DNA of 63,931 nucleotides, filler included, from Octopus bimaculoides (taxonomy: Eukaryota), in the NCBI RefSeq assembly GCF_001194135.2. It is 7 parts of 6 records of this genome, joined end to end, with 100 filler letters (N's around TTAATTAATTAA, not from the genome) between each part and the next. Parts side by side here need not be neighbours in the genome. Positions count along the whole stretch, not along the records: positions 1 to 17,682 come from NC_068983.1; positions 17,783 to 25,683 come from NC_068996.1; positions 25,784 to 31,261 come from NC_068985.1; 4 more parts are not named here. One strand, 5' to 3'. Under the pieces are notes generated by a model. It was given only the letters and a program-made list of their open reading frames with translations. It did no database searches and was not told the origin of the DNA. This document shows, one piece after another, positions 13,287-27,201 of the stretch (position 1 is its first letter; every line of letters begins with the position of its first letter). A program made the position numbers and the translations under genes.

Positions 13287-13663
13287 CTTTACTCTCTTTT
13301 ACTTGTTTCGGTCATTTGACTGCGGCCATGCAAATCGACCCCAGGACTTATTCTTTGTAAGCCTAGTACCTATTCTATCGGTCTCTTTTGCCGAACCGCT
13401 AAGTGACGGGGACATAAACACACCAGCATCGGTTGTCAAGCAATGCTAGGGGGACAAACACAGACACACAAACACATACACACACATATATATATATATA
13501 CATATATACGACGGGCTTCTTTCAGTTTCCGTCTACCAAATCCACTCACAAGGCTTTGGTCGGCCCGAGGCTATAGTAGGAGACACTTGCCCAAGATGCC
13601 ACGCAGTGGGACTGAACTCAGAACTATGTGGTTGGTAAGCAAGCTACTTACCACACAGCCACA
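13287..13663 (-). mobile_element. Near full-length CORE-type tRNA SINE
   Basis: (actctttt)2 tail, both halves present, highly similar to 21832-22222. Confidence 0.88.
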
Positions 13664-14227
13664 CCTATATATACATTCGTTCAACTAAAAGTCTTCAAGG
13701 TGGTGTCCCGACATGGCCTCAGCCCAACAACTGAAATAAGTAAAAGATATATCATTATGGCTTAGTCTACCAAGGAAGACAAGTTCAGCACTATAAGCAT
13801 TAGAGTCATCAAATAACTAGTGAGTGTTGTATTCCCATGAGCTACAGTAAAAACAAAAGTATATCTTTATTCATATTATTATTGAGAAAATAGGGAAAGT
13901 GAGTCAACAGAGAAAGGTGGAACATCAAACCTGCTGTGTTTCATTTCATCACTGTATCTTCTAAGTTGAAAGCTTGCCAAGGTCAGTTTCATTTTTCACT
14001 TCTCTGGTGCCAAAGAATGCCAGATATGATTTCATTGATTACTTCCTGCCCCTATAGATATTGGTTTTAATGCCAGATGAAGAACTAGCTATCATGCAAA
14101 ACATGCCAGAAATAAACAACTCACTGATTTCTCTTGGAATTATAGGAATAATCAATCAAGTAATCAGTCAACTAATCATTTTGTAAGTAATTAAGAGCCT
14201 GAATTTTTATGTTAATATCATGGACAA

Positions 14228-14545
14228 CATGGCTAAGTGGTTGGCACTGGGCACATAATCATGAGGTAGTGAGTTCAGTTCCCAGACCAGGCTGCGTGTT
14301 GTGTTCTTGAGCAAGACACTTTATTTCATGTTGCTCCAATTTACTCAGCTGTAGAAATGAGTTGTGACATCACTGGTGCCAAACTATATTGGTCTTTGCC
14401 TTTCCCTTGGACAACATCAGTGGTGTGGAGAGGGGGAGGCTGGTACGCATGGGTGACTGCTGGTCTTCCATAAACAACCTTGCTCAGACTTGTGCCTCAG
14501 AGAGTAATTTTCTAGGTGCTTCCCATGGTTATTCATTACCTTTTT
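14228..14545 (+). mobile_element. tRNA-head SINE with CORE-like domain (distinct 3' end)
   Basis: catggctaagtggtt...gtgagttcagttccc...gtgttcttgagcaagacactttatttc; its 3' part recurs on the minus strand at 19825-19915. Confidence 0.7.
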
Positions 14546-16800
14546 ACCATTTATCATGGACAACATAAACAAAATCAACTGACCACACATACAAGCTTTA
14601 AGTTTAATACAATAATCCTAAACTAGTTTACTGAGAAGGGAAGCAGAGTTACTGGCATTTAGTAGGTGGCATCCACTTTCAAAAATTAAATTATTTCAGT
14701 ATTAATATGTTTTAGTATTAGGTTTGTTTGTTCTTTTACCTTCAATTCATATTAGCAAACCCATGCTTACAGGAGAGGTTCAATAGTTATTATTGATATT
14801 CTATCAGAACCCTTATTTACTCCAATGAAATTATATTAGTGTATATCTTATAGTAATTTATCCATATTTGGTTGTTTATGCCCTTCTAGACACTAAAGCA
14901 TCTTATATCACATCAACGACAAAAATGTCAGCCACCTGTTCATCAAAGACTAACTCACTGTAACACCATAATAACTGATTCATAGACATGCAGTTTATGC
15001 TCTTTGTCTTGAACTTTTTAAAACTACAACAGCATCTGATCCTCTGCACTGAGTAGCACTTATATTCAAACCTTCTCTGACTCTTGTCATCCTTATTTTG
15101 CCTTATTGTAAACCTTTTTCTAAATGCTTTTTATCCATATCTTTGCACCTTAGAATCAACAATATAAAATTCCCTCCTTGTCGACGCTTTTTGCTGCAAG
15201 CATCAGCTCAGAAGCATAGCATAGGATACTATGAGAGAGGGCTTCAAATGAGTGAAGAAACTATACACATACCTGACCGATCATTCAATTGTTTCTTCTC
15301 AAATTGTCAAATTGAAAAATCTGTTTTGGGAGCTTTGAGGAATTATTGCTTGTGAAGTTGTCAGCTTTAGATAAAATATTGGCTTTGTGACTAACTTGTC
15401 AACCAAATGACTAAAAGATTGTTAGTTTGTAATCCATGAGTTGTGCTATTGTAATAGCACTAAAGATTTCCATATGTAATTGAGGGAACTTTTTATCATC
15501 AATCAATCATCCTTTGATGCAGTTGTGAGTACAACACCTAACCACTAGGCCATTCACCTTCTATGTACTGACTTAACATGCTTATCTCTTTCAACATACT
15601 CTCTACAATCTGTAAAATGAGGATTGCTTTTGTAAATCCTAAATTGTAGGATAACATTCCTAAAATAAGAATGGTACAGAATGAAAATCAAATATTTCAG
15701 GAAATATTTTTATGCCTATACTACATAACTGGAGTGAAGCTAACCAGAGCTATCCTCTACCAACAACACTTACACTTTCCTAACAATAGAACTGGTAATA
15801 AATTATAAAGAAACAAAGACTTGATGACTGAGATAGAAACTGATGAGGAATTTGGTTGTTTACAGAATTAAGGTTAAACCCTTCTCATTAAATGATGGGA
15901 ATGAAGCCTTTAAGTCTTCAGTTTATTGGAAATGGTTATATTTCTATGTTTAAAAATGGCATTCTATTGGGAATAATTTGTAACTGAACTGACAGAAATT
16001 CATTGATTACCTGATAAAACCAATCTATTGTCCAGAAATTCAATTTCCCCATTGTTAATTTTAGGGCCTCTCTTTCCATCATAACCTTTGGTAATCATAA
16101 CAATATCGCTGTCCACCATTAGTTTAGTGTTTGTTTCCCTTCACTAACTGCAACACCAACGTCGCCAAAGGCTGTTGTATTGATGAGCAAGCTATGCTAT
16201 GAAGTGCTGGGCCATTACTGTATAAATAAAGAGTAATTATCAGACTAATAATAGCAACAGAAGACGTTGAGAGAGAGAGAGAAAGGTAGAAAGAAAGGAG
16301 AAACAGTAGGCAGGAGAAAAGATAGTGAAAAGCAAAGAAAAAAGATTGTGTAGCAAAGAAAAAAACTGGAGAGTGATAAAAAGAAATAAAAGGAAAGATG
16401 AAAGAGAAAAATGATATATAGATATTGGAAATAACCAGCCAAAGCAACATAAAAGAAATCAGTAAGCACTGCCGGACATACTAGTATCAGTTTCACAGTC
16501 TCCCGATCAAATGACCACACACTACATGAATTTCCTGAGAGCTCAGATCTTGACAAGTTTCACTGTCACCTCCTCAAAACTCTGTTATCACTGTACTGCT
16601 CCAAGCTTATATTGATTACCAGTCTCCATATACATTATAGAGACTTTGTAATGTGCCCAACTAGTGATGGTGAAGCAGTTCAGTTACTTGTTTTTTAAGA
16701 GACTATCACATCAAAAAGTAATCACATGTGACATAGTCCAGCCAATGCTGTTATAGATTCTGATTACACTGTAATATGAACAAGCTGCATTTGGTGAGAC

Positions 16801-16802
<2 letters not shown>

Positions 16803-16845
<43 letters not shown>

Positions 16846-17107
16846 ATGTGTGCGTGTATGTGTACATGTGTGTGTGTGCGAGTGCATGTGCATGTGTATG
16901 TCTCTGTGTGAGTGCATGCATACATGTGTGCATCATGCAAACATGCATATGTACATGTGTGCTTATGGGTGTGTGTGTATGCACGCATGTGTGTGTGCGT
17001 GTATGCATGCATGCATGTGTGTGTGAGTGCATGTGCATGTGTGTGTCTCTGTGTGAGTGCATACACACGTGTACATCATGCATGCATCTGTGCATGTGTG
17101 TGTATGG

Positions 17108-17150
<43 letters not shown>

Positions 17151-17153
17151 TGT
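16803..17153. repeat. (TG)n/(TGCA)-rich microsatellite
   Basis: Visible directly; explains ORFs 16711-17289. Confidence 0.95.
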
Positions 17154-17682
17154 AAAGAAGGTTAACTCTTTACTCAGACTAGAAGGCAGTGCCTATGACC
17201 TTTTGCAGGGCCCCAGAAACTTGTGGGCGAGAGGGAATGTAAATATAACATTACAGTTTTATTCAGACAGTATCATGCAAAGGTCATGATTACAGTTCCA
17301 ATAAACAATATCTCCTCTAGTTCTGTGTTTTCAAAGACAAATGGAATAAAATGAAATCTTTAATTGAAAACTAAATAAGAGCTGGTAACGTGAATAGTAC
17401 CTGGGTGTAAAATTCTGCCTCTAATAAGAACCTGTCCAACCCATGCTAGCATGGGTTGGACAGGGCATATATATATATATAATTGATATGCATATCCCCT
17501 CTCTCACTCTCTGGGAGAGAGGCACAAGCACATACACAGACATATACACACACGGCAGTAACTTCCACCTACCAAATTCAATCACAAAGCTTCGGTCAGC
17601 TCAGGGCTATAGCAGAAGACACTTGCTCAAGGTGCCATCATCATCATCATCATCATCGTTTAACGTCCGCTTTCCATGCTAG

Positions 17683-17782
17683 NNNNNNNNNNNNNNNNNN
17701 NNNNNNNNNNNNNNNNNNNNNNNNNNTTAATTAATTAANNNNNNNNNNNNNNNNNNNNNNNNNNNNNNNNNNNNNNNNNNNN
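17683..17782. other. Assembly join marker (N-run with TTAATTAATTAA); also at 25684, 31262, 35568, 58580 and 60418
   Basis: Identical ~100-nt N blocks with an internal all-frame stop linker. The true gap size is unknown. Confidence 0.9.
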
Positions 17783-18063
17783 TTATCACTTGAAATCAGG
17801 TGTAATTGTTATATAATGGAAGATAAATAAAATCAATGGCAATAGAATTCGAGGTTTATTTAGTTTTTCTTGTGAATCCAGGGAGTGAGCGCTGAAGTAA
17901 GTACGCTCTGATTTTGGATTGTTCTGCTACATTCCACCACCATTTGAATAATAATTATATTGTTCATTCATATATCAAAAACAGATAGAAGCTTTGAATC
18001 TATAACTGCAATAGCTCTATACAAGAAATTTGAGTGTGTGTGTGTGCATGAAAATATATGTGA

Positions 18064-18103
<40 letters not shown>

Positions 18104-18116
18104 GAATGTATATATT

Positions 18117-18505
18117 ATCAAGGCAGCTAGCTGGCAGAATCATTAACACACCAGATAAAATGCATAGTGGCATTTCTTCTCGTTTAATGTTTTGAGTTCA
18201 AATTCTGCCAAAGTGAACTTAGCCATTCATCCTTTTGGGGGTCGATAAAATAAGTACCAGTTGAGAACTGAGGTCAATGTAATCAACTTGGCCCCTCCCC
18301 TCAAAATTGCTGGCCTTGTGCCAAAAATTAGAAAGGATTATTTTCTAGCTTTACATTCTGAATTCAAATTCCATTGAGATTGACTTGACCTTTCATCCCT
18401 TAGGAGGGGGTCAATACAACAAGTACCAGTTAAGCACTGGGGTCAATGCATTCTAATAGCTCTTCCCTACAAAAAATTTCTGGCTTTTCGTGTATAGTAG
18501 AAAGG
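18117..18505 (+). mobile_element. Two head-to-tail ~220-bp tRNA SINE copies
   Basis: aggcagctagctggcagaatcattaacac...ggggtcgataaaataagtaccag...ggccttgtgcc, followed by a second partial unit. Confidence 0.75.
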
Positions 18506-19794
18506 ATTTTGATTATTATTATTATTAATTTCTGTTTCTTTTTTTTTTAATATATTTTTAGGCTTTTACAAAGCTAATTTATATTTTTAACGATGCATTA
18601 TCTCTGATTAACAATTGACTGAAAAGTTAATTATTTTCTAATCATCCTTAAAAAAAAAAACAGTGTTGTTACTTTTGTTTGTTCTTTGTTTTTGTTTCAC
18701 ATCTTTATGATGAATGATTAAACAGAAAGAAAGTTCAAGAGATTGACCTACACACGTTTAGTTACAGATGGCATCATTCTTCAGATATGTTTGAAATGTG
18801 TGATAAAGCCAAGTTATTTACAATTAAAGAATCTAAACAAAATTGAAGTAACTTGATGTAATACTTCAAAGCATTTGTTTGTAGAGAAGAAGAGAAAATG
18901 CACTTGTGATTTCTTTTGTTTTTAAATATTTATTTAATGAACCCAAATGACATTTGGAAATTTGAAAGTTTTTATGTGCATTTAAGAATTTTTCATAATG
19001 CCTGATATAATGAACCAATTGTGAGGTTAGCCATATTTACATAGTATATACATATATACTTACATAGTATATACATATATACTTACACAGTATATATACG
19101 TATATACTTACATAGTATATACATAATGTGTATTTAGTGAGGTTAGATATTGCACTTAGTATCAGTGGTAACAATTTCTTAGAATTTGCCATCTAAATGT
19201 TTGAACAAATATCATTTGCTTATATAATAATTAGGCTACTGTGTAAAACCATGACAATAAATATCTTTTCCAAGATCAATACTATTTTATTGTTGAATTT
19301 TTATGTTTTTTTCTTCTTCATTTAAAGCATTATTATAATAATTGGATAATTTATGCACTAATAACCCTGCTATGAATGAGTGTGTTTGTGTATGTGTACT
19401 TTATTTCTACAGAAAATACAACTTTCCTACAAGGATCACACATCTGATCAGACAGAAAACCCCAATGCTGGTAATAAAACCGAGTGCACAAAACGAGATT
19501 GATCCTACGTTGATAGACTTAGATTTTTGGGCAGTTTTTCTCCTGGGTCAGTGGACATATTATATCTCTATAGATTATATCACAATGTCGTCTTGGTCAC
19601 ATCAGTTATTTTTTTATCAATTGTATTGTTTTTTTTATCTTTAATTTGCTTCAGTCATTGGATTGTGGCATTGCTCTGAAGGGTTGTACTCTAATAAATC
19701 AACCCCAGTAATTATTTTGCCAAACCACTAAATTACAGGGACATAAACAAACTAACACCAGTTATGGTGGTGGGGGATAAGCACACACAGACGT

Positions 19795-19829
<35 letters not shown>

Positions 19830-20574
19830 TTCCCTTCAGTCATGAATGACCATGGGATTGCACCTAGAAAGTTCTCTGAGGCACAAGTCCAAGCAAAGTT
19901 GTTTATGGAAGACCAGCTATATATATATATATATATATATATATTGAGGGATTATTACTTCGGACAAAATACTTCATAAGCTCTCTGGTTTCCAGCAATG
20001 ACTCTGACAAAAATAGCATTAATTTTCTTAGGTCATTCAATTTACCTTGGTGGATCAGTAGACCAATTGAGTAAATCTATCTATAATGACTACTAGAAAC
20101 AGCTGTAAGCCAGATTTGCTCTAATAAAGGAATTATATGTAATGAACATTATTTTTTTAACTTGTCTCTTATATATATATATATATATATATTTAATGAC
20201 AGGTTTCCTTTAGTTTTCATCTGCCAAATCCACTCACAAGGCCTTTGTTAGCTTAGAGTTACAGTAACCCAAAATGCCATTCAGTGAACCTAAACCCAGA
20301 TCCATATGGTTGAGAAGCAAACTTCTTCCCACACAGCTACACTTGTGCCTACATTCATGAACTTAATTATTGGTGTTTCTCTTTAATTTTAATTTTAATT
20401 ATAGATGCTTTTTACTCTATATAAGTACTTTAATAGTTAAATAGTTACTGAAATTTTCAGTTGCATGTTTTCTTCAACTTTGTGAGGTTGAAGGAGCTGC
20501 TTTTTTTAATTATGGGGACAGTGGAGTGAATTCTTAAAAGGAATAAAAATGGCTAAGCTTGGCATCTTTTATCT

Positions 20575-20947
20575 TTTACTTGTTGCAACCATTAGACTAC
20601 GGCCATGCTGGGGCACTGCCTTGAAGGGTTTTAATCGAACAAATCAACCCCAGGAGTTGTTTATTTTTAAAGCTTGGTACTTGTATCAGTTTCTTTTGCC
20701 AAACCATTAAGTTACAAGGATATAAACAAACCAACACCAGTTGGCAAGTGGTCGGGGTGAACAGACACAGAAATACACATATATACTATGGGATTCCTTC
20801 AGTTTCCTCTACCAAATCCATTCGCGAAGCTTTGGTCAGCCCAGGGCTATAGTAGAAGATACTTGCTCAAGGTGCCATGCAGTAGGACTGAACCCAGATC
20901 CATGTCGCCAGGAAGCAAACTTCATACCACCCAGTCATGCCTGCACC
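20575..20947 (-). mobile_element. CORE-type tRNA SINE
   Basis: Both halves present. Further partial copies lie at 19645-19800 and 20195-20350. Confidence 0.8.
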
Positions 20948-21359
20948 TATAGGATATATTTGGATAAATAGTAGAGACACCAAGATTAGTTTACTTTGAA
21001 AAGGCTGGGAGAGATTTGAAGAATTTTTTGCTTTTGGTAGTGAAGTGAAGATTGGCTGAGGTAATTTTCTTGTGTATGTGTGTGTGTGTGAATGCAGGAA
21101 ATTTATTTGTACAACACTGACAAGCCCTTTTAAGGGACCCGAAAGCTTGATTGCTTTTTGGGAGGTCAGGAAACTTGCAGGTTCTGTAATGCACAAATCA
21201 ACTTTTGCTTTCCTGATGCTCTTGCAGCTGTAGGCAAATGTCATTCTATTTGGTGATGGTAAATGACATCTTCGGGTGTTCTTTGCTTCCTCTAGTACAA
21301 TACAACTTTGAAGGAACTACTTGGAGATTAAGAGATTGTGTAAAAGTTGTGAAGGGTAC

Positions 21360-21815
21360 AAGGATCTTATTTCTTTATTGCCCACAAGGGGCTACTCATA
21401 GAGGGGACAAACAAAGGGATTAAGTTGATTACATCGAACCCAGTGCATAACTGGTACTTAATTTATTGACCCCGAAAGGCGGAATTTGAACTCAGAATGT
21501 AACAGCAGACGAAATACTGCTAAGCATTTTTGCCCGGTGTGCTACCGTTTCTGGCAGCTGGCTGCCTTTTAGGATCTTGTCAAATGTAGTTATCTTGGAC
21601 AGATCAGAGATTATTCGTATTTTATGCCGAGGCAGCAATTCTAGGATAGGAATAATTCGATTACATCAACCCCGGTACTCACCTGGTACTTATTTAATCG
21701 ACCCCCGAAAGGATGAAGTGCAAAGCCGACCTCGACGGAATTTGAACTCAGAACACAGCAACAAAGTACTGCTGAGCATTTCGCCCTGCCTGCTAATGAC
21801 TCTGCCAGCTCCCCC
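21360..21815 (-). mobile_element. Two ~220-bp tRNA SINE copies
   Basis: gaccccgaaagg...ggaatttgaactcagaa...ctgctaagcattt occurs twice. Confidence 0.75.
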
Positions 21816-21831
21816 CACCTTAATCAATACT

Positions 21832-22222
21832 CTTTTACTTGTTTCAGTCATTTGACTGCGGCCATGCTGCAGCACCGCCTTTAGTCGAGCAAATCGACCC
21901 CAGGACTTATTCTTTGTAAGCCTAGTACTTAGTCTATCGGTCTCTTTTTGCCAAACCGCTAAGTTACGGGGACGTAAACACACCAGCATCGGTTGTCAAG
22001 CGATGTTGGGGGGACAAACATACACACACACACATCACATACATATATACATATATACGACGGGCTTCTTTCAGTTTCCGTCTACCAAATCCACTCACAA
22101 GGCTTTGGTCAGCCCGAGGCTATAGTAGAAGACACTTGCCCAAAGTGCCACGCAGTGGGACTGAACCCGGAACCATGTGGTTGGTAAGCAAGCTACTTAC
22201 CACACAGCCACTCTTACGCCTA
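21832..22222 (-). mobile_element. Full-length, young-looking CORE-type tRNA SINE
   Basis: Complete from the tail (tactcttttacttgtttcagtc) to the 5' end (cacacagccactcttacgcct); CpG-rich, suggesting little decay. Confidence 0.9.
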
Positions 22223-22249
22223 TAGTAATAATAATAATAATAATAATAA

Positions 22250-25158
22250 GTGGTCTGTCAATATGAACAAAAAAAAGGCAATTAGGTGCCATGAACAAGC
22301 CTTGCTAGACAAGAACAATGGCAAATGTAAAGCTGTCGGGTAAAGGGTCATTAGAACTTTGGAACCTGCTGGGTATGTTCCAGTTTACTGCAAATGGGAT
22401 CATGAACCAGATTCGGAATAGAAGCTTTCTTAATGAGGCCCAGATTCAGACAATCAGGTAAAGTCTCCGTAGTGATGATAACCTCAAGGAGGATAATGTT
22501 GGTGAAGATCAGCAAATGCATAGGCAAGGTGAAGGTGTAGTAGAGGAGAGGGCGGCCAATCAATATAATGTAGAAAACCTTGTACGACTGAGGAAGACTC
22601 GAGGATATAATGGTTACAAGAACAGAGACCCAAGCCAGTGGTTGATGGAATCCTGAAATACATTTTAACAAAAGATTTATTTGAAACAAGGGACTTGATT
22701 AAATCCACTTCAATTTTAGTAGGTGAACTGGTTAGAAAGAAAGAGAGGAAAGCAGGTGGAGAGGAGGAGCCATGGTGGAAGTGGAGAACTGAAGGCCATA
22801 TCAAAACCTTGTATAAAGATCTGAGTCACATAGAAGAATGGTCCAAAGGGCAATGGAGACATGCTAAAAAAAAAAAGGTGAGGGTATATCTTGAAACAAA
22901 ATACCAAATAGAAACGAGAGGGTTCAAAACCCTAAAACGTGAGGGGGGAAAAAACATTAAAGGTGCAACACTACACTGATCGCATATCACAGTTCCAGCA
23001 AAACAAGTTATTCTCAAATAACCAGAGACATTTTTTTAAGAGCTTAGGAGGAGATACAGAAGATAATATACTTCCTGAAGCAGAGGAAACCTGCAAATTT
23101 TGGAATATCTGTGGGCAAGACATTTCCCACAACCACGATCCCAAGTGGATTTATTCTGTGAGATCCGAACTGCATCACCCTGAAGTTCCATGACAGGGCC
23201 ATGTATGCATAACATTGGATGATGTAATTACACAGGTATCAAAACTGCCAAACTGGAAAACAGCAAGGCCAAATGGAATCCAAAGCTACTGGCTCAAGTG
23301 GTTTAAGTCAATACACAAGAGAATTGTGCTGCAATTAGACAATTGCCTACGGAGTGGTGCAGTTATGGAGTGGATTGTATAGGGAAAGACAACATTGTTG
23401 ATGAAAGATTGGTCAAAGGGTAATGAAGTTGGCATTTACTGACCCATTGCTTATCTTAACCTCTTATGGAAAGTGTTAACAGGCATCCTCGCAGGGAAAA
23501 TATATATGTTCCTTGTGGAAAACAATCCACTGCCAGTAGAACAAATGGGATGTTGAAAAGGGTCCAAGGGCACCAAGGGCCACCTTATGATAGACAAGGT
23601 TGTAAGGAAGAACTGCAAACGGTATCACAAAAACTGGTGCATGGCCTGGATAGACTTTAAAAAGGCTTACGACATGTTGCCGCATTCATGGATTCTGAAA
23701 ACATTTGACGTGTGGAATAACTGAGAATGTGTGCACTGATTAAGAACAACATACCTGGTTGGAAAACACATCTTTTCTGTAACAACCAGCACTTAACCAA
23801 GGTAACAATCAAAAGAGGTATCTTCCAGGGAGATTCTTGTTCACTTTTGTTATTTGTTATAGCCTTGATCCCACATTTTTGTAGTTCTATGCAAAGTCAA
23901 TGTGCACTATGAGCTGAGAAAGAATGGACCTTGTCTCAATTAAATTCTCTTTATGGATGATTTAAAACTGTTTGCAAAAACAGAGTGCTAAATGGAGAGG
24001 CTGGTTGAGACTGTGCAGATGTGCAGCAAGACTATAGGGACGGAATTCAGTATCTCAAGGTGTGTGGGGCTCACTTTGAAACGGGAAAATAGCAGATTGT
24101 TGGGACATAGAATTGCCAAACAGAGAGCAAATGGAAGACCAGGATGATGATGATGTACCTTGGGATCCTGGAGCTGGACAATATCTTGCACAGAGAAATG
24201 AAAGACAAGGTCACCACTGCATATTTCAAGTGCCTATTTGGTAAACAGCAAACAAGACCTGCTAGAGTATGCTGCTAATGCAGAAGGATTTACCAACAAT
24301 GGATTTGTGAGTGCTAACGAATTCCAATAAAAAATAGCCAATGAGAAATAAGAAACTCTACTCTGCATGGAATTACATAGTCAGTTCCACCATGAAACTA
24401 ACAACTGAAAAGACCAGCAAGTATCATGGAAGTGGCTCAGCAAGGGTGGCCTTAAAAAGAAGACTGAAAGCTTAATCATTGCTGCCCAGGACCAGGCATT
24501 GAATACCAACTCAGTGAAAAGGGATATGTACCACACAAGTGCAACAAACCTGTGCAGAATGTATGGGAAGAGGGTTGAAAGCATGACTTGCATTGTTAGT
24601 GCTTGTGAAAGTCTTGTGCAGAAAGAGTACAAGTGCAAACATGACAAGGTAGTGCAGAACCTTCACTGGCTACTGGAAGTGGATAGGAGGTGACAGGTGG
24701 AAGTGGATAGGAGGTGACAGGTGCTTTGTACCAACATACTTCAGAAAAGGTAATAACCTTTAGGAGAGACAAACAGAATGCCGAATAATTGATGTAGCAG
24801 TGCCAAGAGATCAACAGATTATCATGAAAGAAAGAGAAAAGATTGATAAATATGGAGACCTGAGAATTGAGATCACCAAGATGTGGCAACTACATGAGTC
24901 ATGTATAAAGGTTGTTCCTGTTGTCATCAAAGCATGAGTTTGATACCACCCAACCTGAAGAAACATCTGGAAACTTTAGAAATACCCTACAATCTTGGTG
25001 TATTGCAAAAATTGGCATTACTTGGAACTGCACGCATATTGTGTAAAGCACTGTCTGTCTGAGGTCCTTACTGTGACTTGACAAACAGTACAAACCCCTG
25101 GTACACACAATATCCTCAATCAACAACACCATGATATTGGATGCTGTGCAATGTCTTC
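22250..25158 (+). mobile_element. Decayed R4/Dong-clade non-LTR retrotransposon (RT, CCHC finger, restriction-like endonuclease)
   Basis: Frameshifted RT motifs (NWKTARPNGIQSYWLKWF; AWIDFKKAYDMLPHSWI; IKRGIFQGDSCSLLLF; LFMDDLKLF). Then CRMYGKRVESMTCIVSAC...YKCKHDKV (CCHC/RHD-like) and RIIDVAVP...EREKIDKYGDL..EI..MW...KVVPVVI (RLE). Both ends abut (AAT)n tracts. Confidence 0.9.
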
Positions 25159-25177
25159 AATAATAATAACAATAATG

Positions 25178-25227
<50 letters not shown>

Positions 25228-25229
25228 AA

Positions 25230-25456
25230 TAATCATCCTTTCCACTAGAGGCACAAGGCTTGAAATTTTGGGGGAGGAAACTTGTAGATTACATCGACCC
25301 CTCCACCAGTGTTTCACTGGTATTTAATTTATCGATCCCAAAAGGGATGAAAGGCAAAGTCAACCTCGGTGGAATTTGAACTTCGAACATAGCAACGGCC
25401 GAAATACTGCTAAGTATTTTGCCCAGTGTACTAAGGATTCTGCCAGCTCACTGCCT

Positions 25457-25458
<2 letters not shown>
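25230..25458 (-). mobile_element. ~220-bp tRNA SINE whose (ATT)n tail hosts the R4-like element
   Basis: ccactagaggcacaaggcttgaaatttt...gatgaaaggcaaagtcaacctcggtggaatttgaac...tgccagctcactgcctt. Confidence 0.8.
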
Positions 25459-25521
<63 letters not shown>

Positions 25522-26591
25522 ATAATAATAATAATAATAATAATAATTAATTCGTTTTATTGGCCACAAGGGCTAATATCAATTAAAAACATATAAGGAC
25601 AAAGACAGGACGAAGGTTACAAAAGGTTTTGTCCGAAAAGGTAGGAAAGTTCGTCTAAACAGAGGAAGAAAACGGAGAAAGTTNNNNNNNNNNNNNNNNN
25701 NNNNNNNNNNNNNNNNNNNNNNNNNNNTTAATTAATTAANNNNNNNNNNNNNNNNNNNNNNNNNNNNNNNNNNNNNNNNNNNNAAATGCTGGGACATTGC
25801 TTCCAAGAGAATTTCAATGGATCACATCCATGCAGTGGTGAACCATATGGAATCCAGTACAATTGCCTTGACACACTGTGCCCTTTCAACTGCCCAGTCT
25901 ATTCACATATAATCGAGGATTCTGGCAGTGAAGGAAATTTGGTCAGAGCATGATCTTTGCTTTCTGTTTGGATATATTCATGGTAGAGTGCCATGCTAGC
26001 ACAATGGTGTTAGGGAAATCATCGATGCTACAGCTATTTCTGTGTGCATTTGTTGATCCCTCTGCTAGTCCAAGTTGAGTGAGGGAGAGTACAATTTTAG
26101 AATATTGTAGAAGAGTTCTGGGATGTTACATTTGTTTCTAGCAGTTTAGAGTACTTCATTTTTGTATTTGTTTTACAAAATTCTTGATGTGAACTTGTGC
26201 ATTGAAACATATTTTGTTGTATCTTGGGAAGGTCATTATGCCAATGATAAACACATGCACTGATTCTATTTCACTTCTTTATTATTTGCCAATTGGTCAA
26301 CTATTTAACCAATTAACTAATCGATTGTTTGGTTCATCATTCAATTAACCAATCAATCAGTTAAGCTTGTCAAAGTGCTTTCCTTGCCATTGTGATACCT
26401 TGAATGACATTCCCTCTTTACCCCAGGGCAGCTTCAAGTCTGTGTGTCAGTGAAAGGGATATAAATGAGAGCTGGAAGAAGTGTTTGTGTCCCTTCCACA
26501 TCTACGTAGTTTTCCACTTTTAATATTCTTGTTTCATTTTATTGGTGGTGGTCTATGGATGTGATTTATTTTCAACCTGTTATGATGCTTA

Positions 26592-26855
26592 GTGGAGGCA
26601 CGTGGCTTCATGGTTAGGGTGTCAGCACCATGATCCTAAGATTGTGGTTTTGATTCCTGGACCGGATGGTGCGTTGTGTTCTTGAGCAAGGCATTTCATT
26701 TCACATTGCTCCAGTCCACTCAGCTGGCAAAAATGAGTAACGCTGCAATGGACTGGCGTCCCGTCCAGCTGAGGAACATGTACGCCATTGAAACCGGGAA
26801 ACTGGGCCCATGAGCTTGGCTAGGCTTTAAAAGGGCACATTTATTATTATTTATA
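26592..26855 (+). mobile_element. tRNA/CORE-like SINE with 14-bp TSD
   Basis: Head gtggaggcacgtggcttcatggttagggtgtcagc; gtgttcttgagcaaggcatttc; atggactggcgtcccgtccag. TSD tgttatgatgctta at 26578-26591 and 26856-26869. Confidence 0.88.
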
Positions 26856-27201
26856 TGTTATGATGCTTAATACAGTTTTGTCTTTGTCTCTTATTGTGGT
26901 TTCCTTCTCTGACAAAAACATTAAACTTACATCCTACATTAACTATGATTACTCTATATTATAGATCCAAGCTGAAATTTTACTCTTTTAAGTCTTTAAT
27001 CTATACTTTCTAGCTTCAGTTATTACATTTTTTAATAAAATTTCACTCCAAACAAATTTCTGATTTAAAACCCTTCTCGAAAGAAACAATGTCTAATGTT
27101 GAATCAACTTTAGAAAAGTCACCATTTCTCTATTTTCTTTCTTCTTCTTTAGTTTCCTTCCTTTTCTAATTAAATGACTCTTGTTTTTCACTCACACATA
27201 G

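Noticed and set aside
17728-17739. Recurring TTAATTAATTAA inside N-runs (six places)
   Set aside because: Identical context each time; an assembler or scaffolding linker, not biology.
19035-19125. About 24-bp tandem repeat (tacttacatagtatatacatata)
   Set aside because: Ordinary AT-rich minisatellite derived from (TA)n.
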